The notes beneath the pieces are model-generated. The model worked only from the letters and a program-made list of their open reading frames with translations. It searched no databases and had not been told where the DNA came from. The translations under genes and the position numbers were made by a program. A stretch of 64,000 nt of DNA from Eledone cirrhosa. Taxonomy: Eukaryota. The stretch spans positions 93,517 through 157,516 of the forward strand of contig CAXHJY010001714.1 of the NCBI GenBank assembly GCA_964016885.1, in the 5' to 3' direction. This document shows, piece after piece, positions 56,498 through 64,000 of the stretch; the first letter of the stretch is position 1; each line of letters opens with the position of its first letter.

Positions 56498-56820
56498 ATG
56501 TGTGTGTATATATGTGTGTGTGTATATATATGTGTGTGTGTGCGTGTATATATATATGTATGTGTGTATATATGTTTGTGTGTGTGTGTATATATATGTA
56601 TGTGTGTGTATATATATATATATGTGTGTGTGTATATGTATGTGTGTGTGTATATGTGTGTGTGTGTGTATATATGTATGTGTGTATATATGTTTGTATG
56701 TGCATATTTATGTGTGTGCGTATGTATGTGTATATATGTGTGTGTATGTATGTGTATGTATGTATGTGTGTATGTATGTGTGTATATATATATGTGTATA
56801 TATATATATATATATATGTA

Positions 56821-56862
<42 letters not shown>

Positions 56863-56969
56863 CGTATATATATATATATATATATGTGTGTGTATATATA
56901 TATGTATGTGTATATATATGTATGTGTATATATATATGTGTGTGTGTGTATATATATATGTATATATGT

Positions 56970-57036
56970 GAAGGTGCATGGCTTAGTGGTTAGAGCATTG
57001 GCCTTGCAATCGAAAGGTTGTGAGTTCAATTCTCAG
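56970..57036 (+). mobile_element. Truncated tRNA-derived SINE head
   Basis: tggcttagtggttagagc (A box) and gagttcaattc (B box). Confidence 0.7.
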
Positions 57037-57722
57037 TGATATAAAGCACTCGACAAGTTTTTGGAGTATATATACGATATTAAACAAATGGAAACTATAT
57101 TTATAAAACCATATTTATTTCATTATACATATTTCAGGGATACCATATTAAAAATATGGCATGCCTTCGTCAGATAAAATACAATATATAAACAGTTTTA
57201 TAAATAATTTTGACGTACAATATTTTTTCTAACTGTGCTTAACACTATAACTAAATAATTACTATCCTTCTCTCTCTATATAGTACTCCCTCTCTCTTGA
57301 GGTTTTCTATATGTATGGTGAATTATTATTTATGTTGCTTTCGTTTGCCTCTCTTATTTCTTCCTTGTTCCTTTTCACCTCCTCCTTTCATTCTCTCTCC
57401 TCTATCTCTCTGTTTTTTCTTTACCTCCGTTTCTTCTTTCTCTCCGTCTTTTTTCTAACTGTGCTTAACACTATAACTAAATAAGTATAAACAAATTACT
57501 ACCCAGACAGCTTCCTAATTTAATGGTCGCTTATAATATGGTACGTCAAAATTATTTATAAAACTGTTTATATATTGTATTTTATCTGACGAAGGCATGC
57601 CATATTTTTAATATGGTATCCCTGAAATATGTATAATGAAATAAATATGGTTTTATAAATATAGTTTCCATTTGTTTAATATCGTATATATACTCCAAAA
57701 ACTTGTCGAGTGCTTTATATCA
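57037..57722. mobile_element. Fold-back element with 182-bp identical-looking inverted arms, each carrying an HHR
   Basis: 57037-57218 is the reverse complement of 57541-57722. Confidence 0.88.
57580..57641 (+). ncRNA. Intact type I hammerhead ribozyme (mirror copy at 57118-57179 on -)
   Basis: ttttat-CTGACGA-agg.atgccatatt(ttt)aatatggtat.cct-GAAA-tatgta-TA-atgaaa. Confidence 0.8.
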
Positions 57723-57771
57723 GTTATAAAATATTTACTTGTTGTAACCCAACAATTTTAAATAAAACCTT

Positions 57772-58256
<485 letters not shown>

Positions 58257-58312
58257 TATATATATAAATATATATATATATAAATATATATATATAAATA
58301 TATATATATATA

Positions 58313-58379
<67 letters not shown>

Positions 58380-58401
58380 TATATATAAATATATATATAT
58401 A

Positions 58402-58483
<82 letters not shown>

Positions 58484-58509
58484 AATATAAATATATATAT
58501 ATAAATATA

Positions 58510-59970
58510 AGTATGCATGTATACGTACATACATATATGTATACAGACGTACAGTAGCATGCACATATATATATATATATATACATATATACATACATAT
58601 GCATACAGGTACACATACATATATGCACGTATCAGTTTAGCGCGCTAACGTCGCTTTGTTCGTTTGTAAACAAACTCAACAGCCTGAATTTATGCCATAC
58701 GGTGTTAAGGCAACCACGTCACCTTTTTGTTCAACACTGACACAGGAACGATGTACTAGTTTCAAGCTTGTTAGCTATCATCAGCACCATTTACCCATCT
58801 GCCAGATAGTTGAACGTACGTCTGTATACATATATGTATGTACGTATACATGCATACTTACATTTAAGTAAGTGCCATACTAAGAGTGAGAAATGAAATT
58901 TCGTTTTCATTTTGTTTCAATTTATCGTTTTCGGTATGCCTGACCGATTTAACTCACTCAATATGCAAATTAGGCTGCTCAGCCGTTAATTTTCATAAGG
59001 AAAGTATATACTTTCGAACGTTCAACTATCTGGCAGATGGGTAAACGGTGCTGATGATAGCTAACAAGCTTGAAACTAGTACATCGTTCCTGTGTCAGTG
59101 TTGAACAAAAAGGTGACGTGGTTGCCTTAACACCGTATGGCATAAATTCAGGCTGTTCAGTTTGTTTACAAACGAACAAAGCGACGTTAGCGCCGCTAAA
59201 CTGATACGTGCATATATGTATGTGTACCTGTATGCATATGTATATATATATGTATATATATATATATATATGTGCATGCTACTGTACGTCTGTATACATA
59301 TATGTATGTACGTATACATGCATACTTACATTTAAGTAAGTGCCATACTAAGAGTGAGAAATGAAATTTCGTTTTCATTTTGTTTCAATTTATCGTTTTC
59401 GGTATGCCTGACCGATTTAACTCACTCAATATGCAAATTAGGCTGCTCAGCCGTTAATTTTCATAAGGAAAGTATATACTTTCGAACGTTCAACTATCTG
59501 GCAGATGGGTAAATGGTGCTGATGATAGCTAACAAGCTTGAAACTAGTACATCGTTCCTGTGTCAGTGTTGAACAAAAAGGTGACGTGGTTGCCTTAACA
59601 CCGTATGGCATAAATTCAGGCTGTTGAGTTTGTTTACAAACGAACAAAGCGACGTTAGCGCCGCTAAACTGATACGTGCATATATGTATGTGTACCTGTA
59701 TGCATATGTATGTATATATGTATATATATATATATATATGTGCATGCTACTGTACGTCTGTATACATATATGTATGTACGTATACATGCATACTTACATT
59801 TAAGTAAGTGCCATACTAAGAGTGAGAAATGAAATTTCGAAATGAAATTAACGGCTGAGCAGCCTAATTTGCATATTGAGTGAGTTAAATCGGTCAGGCA
59901 TACGTAAGGCATAAGTAAGTGCCATACTAAGAGTGAGAAATGAAATTTCGTTTTCATTTTGTTTCAATTT
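58510..59970 (+). mobile_element. Retrozyme-like 468-bp tandem array with inverted segments, embedded in (TA)n
   Basis: About 2.2 direct units 58815-59838, inverted partial unit 58510-58816, short inversion 59840-59904, one HHR per unit. Confidence 0.85.
59044..59088 (+). ncRNA. Minimal type I hammerhead ribozyme (copies at 59512-59556 + and 58747-58791 -)
   Basis: aacggtg-CTGATGA-t.agct(aaca)agct.t-GAAAC-ta-GTA-catcgtt; palindromic stem III ACTAGT. Confidence 0.85.
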
Positions 59971-59978
59971 ATATATAT

Positions 59979-60257
<279 letters not shown>

Positions 60258-60264
60258 TTATATA

Positions 60265-60383
<119 letters not shown>

Positions 60384-60412
60384 TTATATATATATATATT
60401 TATATATATATT

Positions 60413-60443
<31 letters not shown>

Positions 60444-60460
60444 ATATTTATATATGTATA

Positions 60461-60517
<57 letters not shown>

Positions 60518-60518
<1 letters not shown>

Positions 60519-62715
60519 GTTTTGCGAGGTTTTTTATATGAAATCGTGTGTCGAAACAAATATTGTTATACTTGGGGAGGGTCATATTTGTGTAATATTG
60601 CCAGAATTAATAACAGAACACACTCACTGTTTGGTTGGTTTTCGCTTTTCGCTTCTGTGTCTTTTATATCGGTAACCTAATTTACTCGGTCCTCAATGTT
60701 GCCATTGACTGACCGACGGTCAAAAATAATACAGATACAATATGGACACAAACACATATATATAGTTTATCATAAATCTTTCGTTGCACATCTGCAACAT
60801 CGTCAGTGGTGCTATTATTTCCTCCCGTTGTATTGTATGTCTACGCCATTTTTATGGATCAGATATTTGGAAGTCATGGGTTTGGCATAATGGAAATGGA
60901 GGATTTGTTTTTTGTTATTAATGGTATCTAACCAGAGCTCTGTGTCTAGTACAGGTAATCGATGGTTGGGGTGTTTGCTTGGGTAGTCGAGAGTAACTCT
61001 AATACTCTGGTGGATGGAGTTAGCTATTTGCTGGATGCTTTCCATTGTGTTTTTTTCTAATTCCTGACTGTTCTCTAGTGGGGGTGTTTTAACTACGATG
61101 TTTATATCATCAACGTAGCGGGAGTACATTATCAGGGTTAAGGGGTCTTCTAATTGTTGTTTAAGTTTAAGTCTACTGTCCCACCATACCATGAATAAGT
61201 TAGCTATGTCGCCTTCAATGCTAACACCAATAGCTGCTCGCTCCTCTTGGGCATATGTTTTTCCATTAAATTTGAATGGGTGGTCTGCCTCTTGCTGGTC
61301 TTGTAGGGCACAGGTTGCTAAGGTCATATGTGTCTAGATAATTATTACTATAGGTAAGTTTAAGTAGGAGTCCCAGCTCACTGGTATCAATCCCACGGAA
61401 TTCAACATTGCTCACACTGATCATTTCTACGCATTTCTTCTCCACAGCAAAATCCACGTCAATAGATGGATACAGGGACACAGACATCCATACTACCTAT
61501 TATGCAGTTTATTAGGACCCTAGATCGGTTACTCTCGCCGATTCTGCTGAGGTCCTCCGTGCTGTCCACATACATCTGGGGAGATTTCAGTGATGGGTGT
61601 ATGATCAAGGAGAGGAAGTAGGACAGTCTGTAGTTACTAGCAATGTTAGCCCCACAGACTGGCCGTGATTGGTGGTCCCGTGACAGGGTCACTGCTCGTT
61701 TTATGGTCTTTTCGAAGCCCATACAACGCTGGCACGTCATTGTTCCAGGCCTGAAGTTTGTTGGCAGTCCCTTTGTTGGGCTGCATTATTTGTCCACATC
61801 ACCATATGGGCATGAGGGCTTTTTCTCTATCCTCATGCTCATGTGGTGTTACTTCTCTTGTGTTAGTGATGTGGTTTGCATTGCCTGGATGTAGGTTTGG
61901 CAGACTGTCAACCGACATTCTGCCAGACTTGTCTGTTGGAAAGCATGCTATCTCTCCATTACGCGAGCGCTGCATGAGCATTACGCAAGCCATTTGCAGA
62001 TTTTTCTCCAGTCGCTGGGCCTCCATTCTATTATGCTTCTTGCTATACTGTTCTATAATATTTCTAAGTTTAGATCTAGCTATACTAAATTGTGCCTTCT
62101 GTTGTTCAATCGACTGCGACGGCAAATTGTGTGCGTTTGTTAATGCTAAAGTCGTGGCGTGGACTCGTCGCAGGTCGAACGACTTATCGGAGGGATTATA
62201 AAAAGTAGAGTTCCAGGCTGCTGCTTTATGTGTACTAGTGCTATTTTATTGTTAGTTGTGTTGTTTCTATTTCTATTTCCACCAACAGCCTCATGGTTGT
62301 TTCTATGTCTCTCATTATTACTCCTGTCTCTTTCCACTGGCTCATAGAACAAACAACCAACCAGTAACATTAAATAAACAAATAAATAAACGAATATAAA
62401 CACACACAGACACCTCGATGTAACACATGTGCAAAACTAAGCACACAACACACATACAAAAACAAGATGGCGTAGGACAGAACAAAGGAGAGGCACAAAA
62501 AACAAAGAAAAGAACCCCCAGTCATTGAAGAGTTCACAGAATGTGTGACGAAAGAACATTGACAATATATAAACAACCTTCTGGTTGTGGAACCAAACCA
62601 ACCAACCGGAAATTTATAAATTCCTAAATTTTTAAATTTTATTATAATAAATTGAAGTGAAAGCAACTGGTGCGTGTGGTTCTATTGGCACATGACCCTC
62701 CCAAAGTATAACAAT
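60518..62715 (-). mobile_element. Internally deleted Penelope-like element with inverted pseudo-LTR ends
   Basis: RT remnants (PTDKSG, RPVCGANIASNY, SLYPSID, YSRYVDD), no endonuclease; ends tattgttatacttggggagggtcat / atgaccctcccaaagtataacaata. Confidence 0.88.
60769..60810 (-). ncRNA. HHR in PLE 3' pseudo-LTR
   Basis: ca-CTGACGA-t-gttgca(gatg)tgcaac-GAAAG-at-TTA-tg. Confidence 0.7.
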
Positions 62716-62754
62716 ATATATATATATTTATATATATATATATTTATATATATA

Positions 62755-62809
<55 letters not shown>

Positions 62810-62935
62810 ATATATTTATAATATATATATATATTTATATATAATATATATATATTTATATATATATATATATATTATTATATATATATATATCATATAT
62901 TTATATATATATATATATATTTATATATCTATATT

Positions 62936-62968
<33 letters not shown>

Positions 62969-63083
62969 ATTTATATATATATATCTTTATATATATTATA
63001 TATATAATTTATATATATATATATTATATATATATATATATATATATTATATTTATATATATATTATATATATATATTTTATA

Positions 63084-63119
<36 letters not shown>

Positions 63120-63163
63120 TATATTATATATTTATATATATATATTTTATATATATATATATT

Positions 63164-63195
<32 letters not shown>

Positions 63196-63637
63196 TTATT
63201 ATAATATATATATTATATTATTTATATATATATTATATTCTATATATATATTTATATATATATATTTATATAATATATATTTATATATTTATATATATTT
63301 ATATATTGTTTATATATATATATATATATATGTTTATATATATATATATATATATTATATATTTATATATATTTTATAAATATTTATATATATTTATATT
63401 ATATATATTTATATATATATATATATATATATTTTATATATATATATATTTATATATATTTATATATTTAATATATATTTATATATTTATATATATTTAT
63501 ATATATTTATATATTATATATATATATAATTTATATATATATATATATATTTATATATATCTTATATAATATTTATATATATATATATTTATATATATAT
63601 ATATTATATATTTATTATATTTATATATATTTAATTA

Positions 63638-63679
<42 letters not shown>

Positions 63680-63801
63680 AATATATATTTATATATATAT
63701 ATATTTATATATATATATATTTATATATTTATATATTTATATATATATTTATATATAAATATATATAAATATATAAATATATATATATATATATAAATAT
63801 A

Positions 63802-63833
<32 letters not shown>

Positions 63834-64000
63834 AATATATATAAATATATATTAAATATATATAAATATATATATATATATATAAATATATATATAATAA
63901 AATATTATATTATATATATATATATTTATATATATATATATTTATATTTATATATATATATATTTATATATATTATTTTTATATATATTTATATATTATA
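62716..64000. repeat. Degenerate (TA)n low-complexity tract
   Basis: Almost exclusively A/T. Confidence 0.95.

Noticed and set aside
56970-57036. Possible tRNA gene
   Set aside because: Acceptor stem does not close; matches SINE heads elsewhere in the window
58656-58871. Repeated 66-71 aa ORF in the 468-bp unit
   Set aside because: Antisense to the ribozyme, non-ATG start, no protein motif; repeated only because the unit is repeated

Overview
AT-rich, microsatellite-saturated eukaryotic intergenic or intronic DNA. The SINE families and the TA/CA/GA repeat load suggest a cephalopod (Octopus-like) genome, which is inference only. No intact host gene is recognisable, and most ORFs in the supplied track are translations of microsatellites. 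The window is a transposon graveyard: three non-autonomous Ty3/Gypsy LTR elements (all with tRNA-Trp primer sites), five or six Helitrons, a Chapaev3-type DNA transposon, RTE, Tx1 and Ingi-like LINE fragments, many tRNA-derived SINEs and two decayed Penelope-like elements (PLEs). The main unexplained signal is a dense set of about 15 intact or slightly mutated minimal type I hammerhead ribozyme (HHR) motifs from several sequence families. Most sit in small, non-coding, fold-back or tandem elements inserted in (TA)n, including a 468-bp tandem retrozyme-like array at 58.5-60 kb. This looks like a PLE-mobilised, TA-targeting ribozyme retroelement system.
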